Positions 1-10,184 are shown, counted from the stretch's first letter. The stretch is DNA of 64,000 nucleotides from Nitrospirota bacterium (GCA_049325335.1 JBMOMC010000007.1:128170-192169); one strand, 5' to 3'. Numbers and translations: made by a program. Notes: generated from the sequence alone by a model not told the origin.

Positions 1-1
1 C

Positions 2-775
2 GGGTATGAAAAAGGCGCATTTACCGGTGCGCTCCGCCGTAAACCGGGAAAGTTCGAGTTTGCCAACCACGGGACCATCTTTCTCGATGAAATCGGAGAA
101 ATCAGCCCGGGGTTGCAGGCGAAACTCCTCCAGGTGCTCCAAGACGGCGAGTTCTCACGCGTCGGGGGAGAAACGGACGTCAAAGTGGATACGCGAGTGC
201 TGGCAGCCACCAATAAAAATTTGGAAAAGGCCGTGGCGGAAGGCGTGTTTCGCGAGGACCTGTTCTATCGCATTAACGTGGTGTCGGTTCATCTGCCGCC
301 TTTGCGTGAACGCAAAGAAGAAATCCCGTACCTCATCGAATATTTTCTTGAAAAATTCAACCACCAATATAACAAACGGTATCCTCGGCTCTCGGACCAC
401 ACCTTGCAGCGGTTCATTCAATACGACTGGCCCGGGAACATCCGGGAACTCGAAAACCTCGTGAAACGGATCGTGGTATTGGACAACGAAGACGTGGTGC
501 TGGCGAAGTCTCCGAACAAAGAGGAGGCCGCGCAGACGGTCCCACCACCGCCGGCAGCGCTGGCGCCGAGCCTCACCGAGCAGACCGCATCGGGTCCGAA
601 TTACTCGCTCAAAAGCGTGGGGAAAGAAGCTGCGAGCCACGCAGAACGGGACCTTATTCGAAACGTCCTGTATCAGACGCACTGGAACAGAAAACGCGCG
701 GCGGAGATTCTTCAGATCAGTTATAAGGCTCTGCTGTATAAGATCAAGAAGTACAATTTGAACAGCGATGGATAA
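2..775 (+). CDS. sigma-54-dependent transcriptional activator (NtrC family), C-terminal part; 5' end lies outside the window
   Basis: Frame 2 reads from base 2: [10 protein letters not shown]...[33 protein letters not shown]...GNIRELEN, the AAA+ sigma-54 interaction motifs, plus a C-terminal Fis-type HTH ([19 protein letters not shown]). Stop TAA at 773-775. Confidence 0.85.
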   Translation, partial: GYEKGAFTGALRRKPGKFEFANHGTIFLDEIGEISPGLQAKLLQVLQDGEFSRVGGETDVKVDTRVLAATNKNLEKAVAEGVFREDLFYRINVVSVHLPPLRERKEEIPYLIEYFLEKFNHQYNKRYPRLSDHTLQRFIQYDWPGNIRELENLVKRIVVLDNEDVVLAKSPNKEEAAQTVPPPPAALAPSLTEQTASGPNYSLKSVGKEAASHAERDLIRNVLYQTHWNRKRAAEILQISYKALLYKIKKYNLNSDG

Positions 776-824
776 GCGCACCCCGCGCCGCCCAATGGCC
801 TGGTAAGTTCACGGAGGAACCGCC

Positions 825-1289
825 TTGTTCGCGCGAACTGTGCCACTTAGCCCAGACGTCTACCACTACTTCCTGGAAATGGAAACCAGCCGTTCCATCC
901 GGTACTGCCACTTTTTTTCGCTCTGTCACCTTGGGATCGACCAGATCAGCTCGAACGACCACCTGATGGTTCGCTCGATTGCCGACATTGTGCGCGAAAC
1001 CATTCGCGGAACCGATCTACTGGGATTCGCCGGAGACCGAACCCTCTCCATCCTGTTGTTGAATACCGAAATTCAGGGCGCTTACGTTATCGCCGAACGG
1101 CTTCGAAACCGGGTCGCCGAACAAACCTTCTCCGATGACCAGGCCCCCATCCGCCTGACGGCAAGTATCGGCGGCGCCTGTTTCCCAACCCACGGCAACG
1201 ACGCGACTACGCTCATCTGGAAAGCCAATGAAATGTTGGCGTTCGCCAGGGCCCAGGGAGGAAACCGGACCGCGGTGCCGACGGCGTAA
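825..1289 (+). CDS. stand-alone degenerate GGDEF-domain protein (154 aa, no sensor domain)
   Basis: TTG start preceded by GGAGG 8 nt upstream. GGDEF-fold motifs present (RYCHFFSLCHLGIDQISSNDHLMVRSIAD; SIGGACFPTHGNDATTLIWKANEMLAFARAQGGNR), but the signature is GFAGDRT instead of RYGGEEF. Confidence 0.6.
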   Translation: MFARTVPLSPDVYHYFLEMETSRSIRYCHFFSLCHLGIDQISSNDHLMVRSIADIVRETIRGTDLLGFAGDRTLSILLLNTEIQGAYVIAERLRNRVAEQTFSDDQAPIRLTASIGGACFPTHGNDATTLIWKANEMLAFARAQGGNRTAVPTA

Positions 1290-1304
1290 CCACCAACTCG
1301 CCGA

Positions 1305-1880
1305 TTATCGGCTCTTCAGGGGTTGAAAAAACGCCCATTCATCGGGCGTGAGCGCTTCGTGCACGGTTGATCGGGACGTCTCACGCCGTGGGTGCGCCAC
1401 CGGCGCCACGGTGAGATCCTCCCGCTGCGGTCGCTGAGCAACTGTATCCGACTCCCACCCCACCACCACGCTCCCGTCCACGTCAAGGCATTGATACCGG
1501 ACAACCGTCACGGAATCGCCCAGCAGTCGAACCGCGTCTCGCAGGCCGGTCACCACGCCCGGCACGGCGACGATAATGCGAACGCCTCGCGAACACGCGG
1601 GCAACCCATGCGCCGACCGCCAGGCGGGATAGGAACTTTTCCACCTCGCCAGATGGACCAACCACATGAGACCCCCGGGGTCCTCCTCTGTCCAGAGGTA
1701 GAGCAGGATCGTCCCCTCCGGCGCATCGCCGATGAGCAGTCCGATCCGCTCCGACACAATGGTCCGCTCAACAACGGATTCGCGCGGGATAAACGGATTG
1801 TACGCAGCGGCCACGCGCATCAGATCGCCGACCGGCGGTTCAACCTGACGCGCCGTCACGCACGCCGACCCTATCGACAT
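1305..1880 (-). CDS. hypothetical protein (start uncertain; the ORF is open up to 2030 and crosses the G10 tract)
   Basis: Long minus-strand ORF ending ...DEWAFFQPLKSR. No recognisable domain. Candidate ATG starts at 1880 or 1820. Overlaps the upstream ParA-like ORF in another frame. Confidence 0.4.
   Translation of the reverse strand: MSIGSACVTARQVEPPVGDLMRVAAAYNPFIPRESVVERTIVSERIGLLIGDAPEGTILLYLWTEEDPGGLMWLVHLARWKSSYPAWRSAHGLPACSRGVRIIVAVPGVVTGLRDAVRLLGDSVTVVRYQCLDVDGSVVVGWESDTVAQRPQREDLTVAPVAHPRRETSRSTVHEALTPDEWAFFQPLKSR
1326..1348 (-). terminator. candidate rho-independent terminator (minus strand): hairpin CGCCCGAUGAAUGGGCG followed by UUUUUU
   Basis: Plus strand reads AAAAAACGCCCATTCATCGGGCG. 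On the minus strand this is a 5-bp GC stem with a 7-nt loop followed by a T6 run, lying within the last codons of the 1305..1880 ORF at the end of the long minus-strand gene block. Confidence 0.4.
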
Positions 1881-2761
1881 GTGGTCGCCGCGCCGAACAG
1901 CGCGGCATTCGCCGATGGAGTCACGGAGTCTTCCAGACGCCGCACACCGTTCGGCGATGCAAGGGCGGGGATCCATTGCGCAACCAGCGGCGAGATCGTG
2001 CTCCACACGCGATCCCCCCCCCCATCCCACAGACGCCCGGCCAGAAACGATGGGGCCAACTCGCCGACGTCAGGAACAGGACCCGCCACCGCGCACGGCT
2101 TGCCCAGAAACGTGTTGACGGCTCGAACGATATGCATCCATCCTGCGTGTTGTGCGTCGTCGGACGTCAACAACAGTAACCGAATACGCACATCGGGATG
2201 ATCCGCCACGGCCCGTTTGACCGCCTGATACGCGCGGGTCACCGACTCGTAGGACGCCTCGCCGGCCAAAAACACCACCTCGTCGGGAGGCGGACCGAGG
2301 CTGGGCCACGCCCCGTCTCCTTCGGCATTGACGTGAACCATCACCACGTGCGAGGCGGTCGCTCGGGCGTCCCATTGCCGTCGCAGGCCGTGATCGCAAA
2401 ACACCCCGGGCCGCTCTCGCCCCACCAGCGGGGTTCGCGCGATCCATGGTCCGACATCGGACCTGACCACGGGGTCGGCCTCGCCCACGGCGCGATAGCC
2501 GTTCAAACCGAACACGGGACCGAACACGTGTTCGTGAGTTTGGCCGACCAGCACGTGTTGTCCGCCGCGCGCCATGATCCCGGCGATGCACGCGACCACG
2601 ATCGACGCGGGGATATGATCGTCCTGACTGACCAGATACACCGTCATCGGGCCGGCGCCCGACGGAAGCGATTGCGGGAGCGTGGTGACGTCGGTTACCG
2701 CCGACGACGGTTTCGCCTCGCCCAAAAACAGATGGGAAACGTCTTCAAGCCGACGCGGCAT
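1871..2761 (-). CDS. ParA/MinD-family ATPase-like protein with degenerate Walker A
   Basis: Fold-level resemblance to ParA/MinD: MTVYLVSQDDHIPASIVVACIAGIMARGGQHVLVGQ aligns with xIAVxNQKGGVGKTTxAxNLAxxLAxxGxRVLLVD, but KGGVGKTT is replaced by QDDHIPAS. C-terminal box ...DVRIRLLLLTSDDAQ...FLGKPCAVAGPVPD resembles the ParA C-terminal region. Confidence 0.55.
   Translation of the reverse strand: MPRRLEDVSHLFLGEAKPSSAVTDVTTLPQSLPSGAGPMTVYLVSQDDHIPASIVVACIAGIMARGGQHVLVGQTHEHVFGPVFGLNGYRAVGEADPVVRSDVGPWIARTPLVGRERPGVFCDHGLRRQWDARATASHVVMVHVNAEGDGAWPSLGPPPDEVVFLAGEASYESVTRAYQAVKRAVADHPDVRIRLLLLTSDDAQHAGWMHIVRAVNTFLGKPCAVAGPVPDVGELAPSFLAGRLWDGGGDRVWSTISPLVAQWIPALASPNGVRRLEDSVTPSANAALFGAATTCR
2014..2023. 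repeat. homopolymeric tract C10 (G10 on the coding minus strand)
   Basis: Sequence gatCCCCCCCCCCatcccac. It encodes GGG in the ParA-like ORF (WDGGGDRVW) and is also read as WGGG in the overlapping 1305..2030 frame. Confidence 0.8.
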
Positions 2762-2772
2762 AGATTGCGCAC

Positions 2773-3255
2773 TTAGACTTGGTGGGCGGCCGCATCAGGG
2801 GGGATCAAGGGTTCATCCGGCCGGCGCCGGCGCACGCGACGGATGGCGCCGATGTTTCGGTGCCACCGATCCACGTCGCGCTGCACGTCCGCGATGTCGA
2901 GCAGCCATTCCTGCCCGGTGATCGCCTCAAACACGGTTCGTTCGTAGAAGACCAACACCACGTCCCCGGTCGCCACCAAGGTTAATTCCACCAATGGACG
3001 TTTGATGGTGGGGAGGATTTCGCGAATCCTGACCATGACCCGACGGATCCGCTGGAGCGAAACACCCGCGTCGAGCAGTTTTTTGGCCGTTTTGTAGGCG
3101 ACAAGATCTTCGAAGGTGTACCGTGCGTGGCCACCGTTGGTCCGAACCGACGGGGTCACCAATCCGGTCCGGTCCCAGTACTGCATCTGCCGCCTGGTGA
3201 GGCCGACGATGTCTCGGACCTGTCCGCTGTGGAAGTATCGGGTTTCAACGCCCAT
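2773..3255 (-). CDS. MerR-family transcriptional regulator (160 aa)
   Basis: N-terminal MerR HTH: RYFHSGQVRDIVGLTRRQMQYWDRTGLVTPSVRTNGGHARYTFEDLVAYKTAKKLLDAGVSLQRIRRVM. The C-terminal ~80 aa are of unknown function. Confidence 0.8.
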   Translation of the reverse strand: MGVETRYFHSGQVRDIVGLTRRQMQYWDRTGLVTPSVRTNGGHARYTFEDLVAYKTAKKLLDAGVSLQRIRRVMVRIREILPTIKRPLVELTLVATGDVVLVFYERTVFEAITGQEWLLDIADVQRDVDRWHRNIGAIRRVRRRRPDEPLIPPDAAAHQV

Positions 3256-3287
3256 GACACCCTTTCAACGAGCGTGTGACGTGCGCC

Positions 3288-3317
3288 ATCTTAATCAAGA
3301 GCGCTCACGGCTGTCAA
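3288..3317 (-). promoter_or_regulatory. candidate sigma70-type promoter for the MerR gene with a palindromic operator in the spacer
   Basis: Minus strand reads TTGACA (3317..3312), an 18-nt spacer containing the perfect palindrome GAGCGCTC (3299..3306), then TAAGAT (3293..3288), about 30 nt upstream of the ATG at 3255. MerR-type promoters typically carry the operator dyad inside a long spacer. Confidence 0.35.
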
Positions 3318-3365
3318 GGAGCGATACAACTTTTTCGGTTTTTGGATGGTTCCGTACGACGGAGA

Positions 3366-4784
3366 TCAGAACAGACCGAGTTGAACGAGTTCTTCTTTGG
3401 TGAACGGAACCGGATACGAGCCGGTAAAACACGCGTCGCAGAACGAGGCGCCGTCCGACTCCTGGGCGCCGAAAGCCGCGAACAGACCTTCACGACTGAG
3501 GTACGCGAGGCTGTCGGCCCCGATGTATTTGCGGGTTTCCTCCACCGTGTGCGACGTGGCGATCAGCTCCTGCCGCGTGGGGGTATCGATCCCGTAGAAA
3601 CACGGCGAAATGATCGGCGGCGAGGCGATCCGCAGATGTACTTCCTTGGCGCCGGCGCCGCGCAGCATCTTGAGCAGTTTGCGGCTCGTGGTGCCGCGGA
3701 CCAGCGAATCATCCACCACCACCACTCGGCGGCCCTCCAAGACTTCCCGAATCGGGCTCAGCTTAATGCGCACGCCGAAGTGACGGATCGACTCTTGGGG
3801 TTCGATAAACGTGCGGCCGATGTAATGGCTCCGAACCAGGCCTTCTTCGAACGGCATTCCCGCTCCTTCGGCAAACCCCAGCGCAGAGGGAATTCCGGAG
3901 TCCGGGACCGGGATCACCACGTCGGCCGCGACCGCAGATTCCTGCGCCAGACGGAGGCCGTTCCGTTTCCGGATCGAATACACGTTGTGGCCGAACACCC
4001 GGCTATCCGGACGCGAGAAATACACGTGCTCGAACACGCACTGGGCCTGCCGCGTCGGGGCAAACGGGTGAAACGACGTCACACCCCGATCGTTGATCAC
4101 CACGAGTTCACCCGGCTCCAGGTCTCGCACGTATTCGGCTTCAACCAGGTTGAACGCCACGGACTCCGACGACACGACCCACCCTTCTCGAAGCCGACCC
4201 AACGACAACGGCCGAACCCCGAAAGGATCCCGCACCGCGACCAAACCGTCGGGACACAAGAACAACAGGCTGAACGCGCCGCGGACCTTGCCCAAGGCGT
4301 CGATGATCCGCGAGACGACCGCATCTTGGCGCGAATGGGCGATCAGGTGGATAATCACCTCGGTGTCCGCCGAGGACTGAAAAATCGCGCCGTAGGCCTC
4401 CAGTTCGCTGCGAAGGCCCTGCGCGTTGACGAGGTTTCCGTTGTGCGCCAACGCCAGATGACCGCGGGCAAAGTTGATCAAGAACGGTTGCAGATTTTTC
4501 TCGTGCGAGCCCCCGGCGGTGGAGTACCGGTTGTGGCCGATCGCCATCCGTCCCGGCAGACGAGCCAGCCGCGTTTTGTCAAAGACCTCCAGCACCAGCC
4601 CGGGACCTCGTTCTTGGTAATAGTCGCGGCCGTCCGACGACACGATGCCGCTGCCTTCTTGTCCGCGATGTTGTAACGCGTGGAGCCCCAAATAGGTCAG
4701 GTTCGCGGCTTCGGGATGGCCGTAGACGCCGAAAATTCCGCACTCCTCGCGCAACTTATCGAACGGCATCAACTCGACGAGCAT
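3366..4784 (-). CDS. purF: amidophosphoribosyltransferase
   Basis: [23 protein letters not shown]... (N-terminal Cys nucleophile), GHNRYSTAG, and PRTase motif [17 protein letters not shown] extends to 4931; first plausible start is the Met at 4784 or 4769. Confidence 0.9.
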   Translation of the reverse strand: MLVELMPFDKLREECGIFGVYGHPEAANLTYLGLHALQHRGQEGSGIVSSDGRDYYQERGPGLVLEVFDKTRLARLPGRMAIGHNRYSTAGGSHEKNLQPFLINFARGHLALAHNGNLVNAQGLRSELEAYGAIFQSSADTEVIIHLIAHSRQDAVVSRIIDALGKVRGAFSLLFLCPDGLVAVRDPFGVRPLSLGRLREGWVVSSESVAFNLVEAEYVRDLEPGELVVINDRGVTSFHPFAPTRQAQCVFEHVYFSRPDSRVFGHNVYSIRKRNGLRLAQESAVAADVVIPVPDSGIPSALGFAEGAGMPFEEGLVRSHYIGRTFIEPQESIRHFGVRIKLSPIREVLEGRRVVVVDDSLVRGTTSRKLLKMLRGAGAKEVHLRIASPPIISPCFYGIDTPTRQELIATSHTVEETRKYIGADSLAYLSREGLFAAFGAQESDGASFCDACFTGSYPVPFTKEELVQLGLF

Positions 4785-7027
4785 TCGGAACTCCTCAATT
4801 GCCGGGACAATCCGTCCGACCACGCGGCGCGAACGGCTGTCAACTCCACGTCGACCAAGATGTCGTCGGCCACCGCGATCACCAACCGATCGCCTCCCGT
4901 GTTCCCGACGTGCGCCGCCGGAACGCCCCACCGGGCCGCAACCGCCAGCACGCGTTCAACGGCGTGCGGCTCGGCCGAGAGCACCGCGCGCGACTGGCTC
5001 TCCCCGAACAACATCGCGTCGCGGCGAATCCCCTGGGGATTGGGCACGGTGATCACGGCGCCCACGGACGTGTCCGACGACATACAACACTCGGCCAACG
5101 CCACGGCCAATCCGCCGTCGGAGCAATCGTGCGCGGATTCCACCAGCCCGTCGCCCGTGAGCTCCAGCACACACCGGTACAATGCCGTTTCCGCGTCCAG
5201 AACCAATTCCGGCGGGAGCCCTTGTTCGCGGTGATGCACCACGGACAGGTACTGCGTGCCCCCCAACTCTTCCTTGGTCTCTCCCAGCACGATGACCACG
5301 CGACCGGACGATTTGAAGGCCTGCGTCATCACCTGCGCCGCCGGCGCCTTGCCCACCACGCCGATGATGGGCGTCGGATAGATGCCGATGCCACGCGTTT
5401 CATTATAAAAACTCACGTTGCCGCTGACCACCGGCACCCCGAACGCGCGGCACGCATCGGCCATCCCGTCCACGACCAGAGCGAATTGCCACATGACCTC
5501 AGGCCGTTCGGGATTGCCGAAATTGAGACAATCGCTGGCGCCCAACGGTCGCGCCCCGCTGCACACCACGTTCCGGCAGGCTTCCGCGATCGCGATCATG
5601 CCGCCGACATAGGGATTCAGCATGCAGTACCGGCTGTTGCCGTCCACGCTGATCGCCACCGCGGTGTCGGTTCCCTTGACGCGGAGCACCGCAGCGTCGG
5701 ACCCCGGCAGCACGATCGTGTTGGTCCCGACCATGTGATCATATTGCCGGTAGACCCAGGCCTTGCTCGCGACGGTGGGTGAGGCCAATACATCGAGCAA
5801 GGCATCGCGGTACGACTTGGGCTCCGGGAGTGATTCCAGGGACAACCCCTGAAGACTGTCCAAGTAGGGCGGCGGCGCGATCGGACGCTCGTACTTCGGC
5901 GCATCGTCGGTGACCAGGTCGATCGGCAACTCCGCCGCGACGACGTCCCCCCGGCGCACGACCAAGCGGCCCGTGTCCGTCACTCGCCCGATCACCGCGA
6001 CGTCAAGGCCCCACTTCTCGCAAATCACCCGCACCGCGGCCTCACACCCCGGCTTGGCGACCAGCAGCATCCGTTCTTGGGATTCCGAGAGCATGATCTC
6101 GTACGGCGTCATGCCGGTCTCGCGCGTGGGCACCAACGCCACATCGATGTCCACCCCGGTGCCGGCCCGCCCGGCCATTTCGCACGAGGAACTGGTCAGC
6201 CCCGCCGCGCCCATGTCTTGAATCCCGATGATCACATCGCCGGCCATGAGTTCCAGACAGGCCTCGATCAGCAGTTTCTCCATGAACGGATCGCCGACCT
6301 GGACCATCGGCCGTTTCTCGGACGCCCCGTCGCCGAAGGCTTCCGACGCCATGGTCGCGCCGTGGATCCCGTCGCGCCCAGTTTTGGCGCCGATGTACAT
6401 CACCGGATTGCCCACGCCGGCGGCCTGCCCTCGGAACAGCCGATCCTTGCGCGCCAGGCCCAAACAAAAAACGTTGACCAGCGGATTCGAGCGGTACAGG
6501 TCTTGGGTCGCCACCTCGCCGCCGACCGTGGGCACGCCCACGCAATTGCCGTAACCCGCGATGCCGGCCACCACGCGTTCGAACAGATACCGCGTGCGCG
6601 GCTCGTCGATCGGGCCGAATCGCAGCGAGTCCAAAAGCGCGACGGGCCGCGCGCCCATGGTGAACACGTCGCGGAGAATACCGCCCACCCCGGTGGCGGC
6701 GCCTTGGTACGGCTCGATAAACGACGGATGATTGTGGCTCTCGATCTTGAACACCGCGGCCAGACCGTCCCCGATGTCCACGGCGCCGGCGTTTTCGCCG
6801 GGCCCTTGCACGACTTCCTCGCCGGTCGTGGGCAAGCGTTTGAGATGCACGCGCGAGCTCTTGTAACTGCAGTGCTCGCTCCACATCACGGACACGATGC
6901 CCAGCTCCACCAGGGTGGGCGCGCGCCCCAACCGCTCGCGCAATCTGGCGTATTCCTCTGCAGTGAGGCCGTGCCTCGACAGGAGTGAGGGATCGAGCGG
7001 TTCGGTCAGGAGCGTGTCGCGTGGCAT
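4769..7027 (-). CDS. purL: phosphoribosylformylglycinamidine synthase subunit PurL
   Basis: [45 protein letters not shown], and duplicated AIR-synthase-related domains. Start taken at MPRDTLL (7027); the ORF is open to 7081. Confidence 0.9.
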   Translation of the reverse strand: MPRDTLLTEPLDPSLLSRHGLTAEEYARLRERLGRAPTLVELGIVSVMWSEHCSYKSSRVHLKRLPTTGEEVVQGPGENAGAVDIGDGLAAVFKIESHNHPSFIEPYQGAATGVGGILRDVFTMGARPVALLDSLRFGPIDEPRTRYLFERVVAGIAGYGNCVGVPTVGGEVATQDLYRSNPLVNVFCLGLARKDRLFRGQAAGVGNPVMYIGAKTGRDGIHGATMASEAFGDGASEKRPMVQVGDPFMEKLLIEACLELMAGDVIIGIQDMGAAGLTSSSCEMAGRAGTGVDIDVALVPTRETGMTPYEIMLSESQERMLLVAKPGCEAAVRVICEKWGLDVAVIGRVTDTGRLVVRRGDVVAAELPIDLVTDDAPKYERPIAPPPYLDSLQGLSLESLPEPKSYRDALLDVLASPTVASKAWVYRQYDHMVGTNTIVLPGSDAAVLRVKGTDTAVAISVDGNSRYCMLNPYVGGMIAIAEACRNVVCSGARPLGASDCLNFGNPERPEVMWQFALVVDGMADACRAFGVPVVSGNVSFYNETRGIGIYPTPIIGVVGKAPAAQVMTQAFKSSGRVVIVLGETKEELGGTQYLSVVHHREQGLPPELVLDAETALYRCVLELTGDGLVESAHDCSDGGLAVALAECCMSSDTSVGAVITVPNPQGIRRDAMLFGESQSRAVLSAEPHAVERVLAVAARWGVPAAHVGNTGGDRLVIAVADDILVDVELTAVRAAWSDGLSRQLRSSECSSS

Positions 7028-7043
7028 CTGAGTTCCGGGGCCG

Positions 7044-7733
7044 CTAAACGGGTTGGCAGAGGGCGCCGAGCGCGGATTCAAACAATGCGCGCCCGTCGCC
7101 GCCCCCGAGCGCCGTTTCGGACGCGCGCTCCGGGTGGGGCATCATCCCCAGCACGTTCCGCGCGGGGTTGCACACGCCCGCGATCGCGTCGACCGACCCG
7201 TTGGGATTGGTCACCCCGTCCTCAAGCGGCGCGTACCGAAAGACGATCTGGCCTTGATCGCGCAGGCGCGACAACGTGTCGGGGTCCGCCCAATAGGACC
7301 CGTCCGCATGCGCGATCGGCAACCGCAAGACTTGGCCTGCGGCGTACCGCGCGGTAAACGGCGTGTCGGTCCGCTCCACGCGCACCCCCACGGTTCGACA
7401 GAGAAACTTGAGCGAGGCGTTCCGCAACAGGGCGCCGGGCAGCAACCCGGACTCGACCAAGATCTGGAAGCCGTTGCAGATGCCCACGGTCAACCCGCCG
7501 CGCGCCGCGTGCCGCCTGACCGCGTCCATGATCGGGGAACACGCCGCCAACGCGCCGGTGCGCAGATAGTCACCGTATGAGAACCCGCCGGGGAGCACCA
7601 CCAGGTCCGCGGTCGGCAGCTCCGCGTCGCGGTGCCACACCATCCGCACGGACGCCCCGAGCACGCGGCCCAACACGTGCTCGCAGTCTCGATCACAGTT
7701 CGATCCGGGGAATACCACGACGGCTGCGTTCAC
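7044..7733 (-). CDS. purQ: phosphoribosylformylglycinamidine synthase subunit PurQ (glutaminase)
   Basis: [19 protein letters not shown]...[18 protein letters not shown]...GICNGFQIL...MPHPER: class-I glutamine amidotransferase, PurQ type. Confidence 0.9.
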   Translation of the reverse strand: MNAAVVVFPGSNCDRDCEHVLGRVLGASVRMVWHRDAELPTADLVVLPGGFSYGDYLRTGALAACSPIMDAVRRHAARGGLTVGICNGFQILVESGLLPGALLRNASLKFLCRTVGVRVERTDTPFTARYAAGQVLRLPIAHADGSYWADPDTLSRLRDQGQIVFRYAPLEDGVTNPNGSVDAIAGVCNPARNVLGMMPHPERASETALGGGDGRALFESALGALCQPV

Positions 7734-7743
7734 GACGAGGGAC

Positions 7744-8124
7744 TCACTCGGATATTTTCAACAGATCGCGCACGGTTTTGAGCAACGTATTCGTCTGGAT
7801 CGGTTTGGGAATATACGCGTTGGCGCCCAACTGCATCCCCTTTTCGCGATCCGCGTCCGCGCCTTCCGTGGTGACGATGATGACGGGAATGTGGCTGTAC
7901 GACGGTTCCTTGCGGACAATGCTGAGGAGCTTCAGGCCGTCCATCAGCGGCATGTTGATGTCCGCGACGATTAAGTGCACGGGGTGTTCGGACAGTTTCT
8001 TCAACGCGTCGACCCCGTCGGTCGCTTCAACGATCTTGGCGCCTTTGATCCGTTTGAGACTGAACGAGACAAGCTGGCGCATCGTGGGCGAGTCTTCTAC
8101 GACCAAAAAGACGTATTCAGCCAT
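7744..8124 (-). CDS. cheY: CheY-like single-domain response regulator
   Basis: MAEYVFLVVEDSPTMR...LIVADINMPLMDG...PVIIVTTEG...AYIPKP: complete receiver signature (E/D pair, phospho-Asp, Thr, Lys). Confidence 0.85.
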   Translation of the reverse strand: MAEYVFLVVEDSPTMRQLVSFSLKRIKGAKIVEATDGVDALKKLSEHPVHLIVADINMPLMDGLKLLSIVRKEPSYSHIPVIIVTTEGADADREKGMQLGANAYIPKPIQTNTLLKTVRDLLKISE

Positions 8125-8175
8125 GTCGGTTTTGTCACCTCCCACCGCCAACGGGCCCGCGGCCCGGTGACGCGC

Positions 8176-9027
8176 TCACGCCGCCTTGTTGGTCATCAAG
8201 CCCAAAAACCCTTTGATCGTCGACAGCGACCGCTGGGATCGCGAGTACAACATGGCGCTGAAAATCGCGGTGGCCGCGTGCCCGCCCAACATGGAAAACA
8301 ATTCGTGATCGACCCGGGTCAGCCGCTGTTTCTTTTGTTCAAACAGGTCGAAAATGGCGATCACGCCGATCACCCCGTCGTGAATCTTCAGCGGAATACA
8401 CGCGATCGGACGATCCGGCGACGACACGATCGGCTGATTGAGATCCTCGACGATAAACGGCTCGCCGGTTTGCGCTGTTTTCCCGATGATGCCTTCGCCC
8501 AACGGGATTTTTTTGATGCTCGGATCCATGGTTTCCGCGGCCGCCACGTTGAGCACGGGTTCTTCGTCGCTGCGCGTGAGAATCGCGAAGTGGTCCGACC
8601 CGATCAAATTGAGAATGATCTCGCTGATGATCCGCAACACTTCGTTGAGGTCCATCGTGGAATGGAGTTGGTAGCTCGCCACGTAGAGATTCGCCAAATT
8701 GTTGTTTTCTTCTTCCACCTCCACGTACCGGCTGGCAAAATCCTTGTTTTCTTCTTCGACCACCTTGTAGCGATTGAGCATCGCCTCTCGTTCGGCCTTC
8801 ATCTCGTCGAGTTGTTGACGAAGCTTCGAGAGCTCGGGCGAGGACGGGCCTTTGTGCCCGGCCCGGGCCTGTTCGATCGCTTGAGCGAGGGCAAACCGCA
8901 GCCGCTCATTCTCCTTGAGCAGATCGTTGGTAAACTCGATCCCCTTGTGAAACACCCCCAAAAACTCGTCCGCCCGGCGAAAGATTTCCGGCTCCTTGCC
9001 CTTTTCCTTGTCTTTATCCTTCTCCAT
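8176..9027 (-). CDS. coiled-coil + GAF-domain protein
   Basis: Lys/Glu-rich N-terminus (MEKDKDKEKGKE), heptad-like region (LSKLRQQLDEMKAEREAMLNRYKVVEEENKDF...), and a C-terminal GAF-like fold (...IPLGEGIIGKTAQTGEPFIVEDLNQ...ACIPLKIHDGVIGVIAIFD). Confidence 0.6.
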   Translation of the reverse strand: MEKDKDKEKGKEPEIFRRADEFLGVFHKGIEFTNDLLKENERLRFALAQAIEQARAGHKGPSSPELSKLRQQLDEMKAEREAMLNRYKVVEEENKDFASRYVEVEEENNNLANLYVASYQLHSTMDLNEVLRIISEIILNLIGSDHFAILTRSDEEPVLNVAAAETMDPSIKKIPLGEGIIGKTAQTGEPFIVEDLNQPIVSSPDRPIACIPLKIHDGVIGVIAIFDLFEQKKQRLTRVDHELFSMLGGHAATAIFSAMLYSRSQRSLSTIKGFLGLMTNKAA

Positions 9028-9098
9028 ACCGTCATCCTTTCACGGGCCCGGAGTATAGCACCGGGCTGTTCAGACCCGCAAGACTCCGACTTCCCCGT

Positions 9099-10184
9099 CT
9101 ATCGATGCGCCCCCGCCATGACCCGTTTGGCGATCTGCTCCGCGATCGCGTGCAGCGGCGCCACCACGTCGACCGCGCCTTCGAGGATCGCCTCCTGCGG
9201 CATGCCGAATACCACAGCGGTTTCTTCAGACTCCGCGATGGTGCCCCCTCCCCCTTGTTTAATTTTGGCCATGCCGCGCCGCCCGTCGTGGCCCATCCCC
9301 GTGAGGATGACGCCCACCAGGTCCGCGCCGAACACCTCGGCCGCCGAGGTCATTAGATCGTCGACGGAAGGCACGTACCGGTCGTCGAGACCCGCCGGGG
9401 TCAGGACCACCTTCACCCTGTCCCCGCACCGCACGAAGGAGAGGTGGTGTCCGCCCGGGCAGATCACGATCTGCCCGGGCCGACACCACTGGTCCGGGCT
9501 CGCCTCGGAAATATCCCACGCGGACAGACGATTGAGTCGCTCGGCGAACGACGCGGTAAAGCCGGCCGGCATGTGCTGCGCCACCGCCACCGCGCACGGC
9601 AGATCCCGCGGCAACGTGGACACGATGGTTTGCAGCGCGGCGGGACCGCCGGTGGATGAGCCGACCGCGACCAGTTTGAGTCGGTCGGGCGCGCCGACCG
9701 CGGGTTTGATGAGGATCGGGTCGGCGGGGCTCACCGCCGCGGCTTTGGCCGCGCGTTCGCATAATCGCACCGGCGAGGCGGCCGCGATCGCGCGCACCTT
9801 CGTCTCCAATTCGCCGCGCACCTTCAGCACTTCCCACGACGCCAGGTGGGTGGGTTTGGCGAGGAAATCCGCGGCGCCCAGTTCCAGGGCATGAAACACG
9901 TTGGAGGCCTCCGACGCCGCGCTGACCACCAAGACCGGCGTGGGCAACGTGTGCATCAACCACCGGAGAAACGCGAATCCGTCCATCCGAGGCATTTCCA
10001 GGTCCAACGTGATGACGCTCGGCCGATATTTATTGACCGCCTGAATCGCCTCCAATCCGTCCGAGGCGGTCCCCACGACCTCGACGCCGGGGACTTCCTT
10101 GAGCATCATGACTATCGCCTGCCGGTAGAACGCGGAATCATCCACCACCAGTACGCGCGTCGGCGTCGCGTCATGCCGCGGCAC
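9099..10184 (-). CDS. cheB: chemotaxis response regulator protein-glutamate methylesterase
   Basis: N-terminal REC (RVLVVDDSAFYRQ...ITLDLEMPRMDG) and C-terminal CheB methylesterase domain (VAVGSSTGGPAAL...VAQHMPAGFT...GMGHDGRRG). Confidence 0.9.
   Translation of the reverse strand: MPRHDATPTRVLVVDDSAFYRQAIVMMLKEVPGVEVVGTASDGLEAIQAVNKYRPSVITLDLEMPRMDGFAFLRWLMHTLPTPVLVVSAASEASNVFHALELGAADFLAKPTHLASWEVLKVRGELETKVRAIAAASPVRLCERAAKAAAVSPADPILIKPAVGAPDRLKLVAVGSSTGGPAALQTIVSTLPRDLPCAVAVAQHMPAGFTASFAERLNRLSAWDISEASPDQWCRPGQIVICPGGHHLSFVRCGDRVKVVLTPAGLDDRYVPSVDDLMTSAAEVFGADLVGVILTGMGHDGRRGMAKIKQGGGGTIAESEETAVVFGMPQEAILEGAVDVVAPLHAIAEQIAKRVMAGAHR

Noticed and set aside
3276-4676. Long Arg/His/Gly-rich ORFs antisense or out of frame to real genes (examples: 3276..4676 +, 6042..6884 -, 11508..12485 -, 39740..41452 +, 24641..25537 -)
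   Set aside because: Their composition is typical of spurious open frames in ~67% GC DNA. Each overlaps a gene with clear conserved motifs on the other strand or frame.
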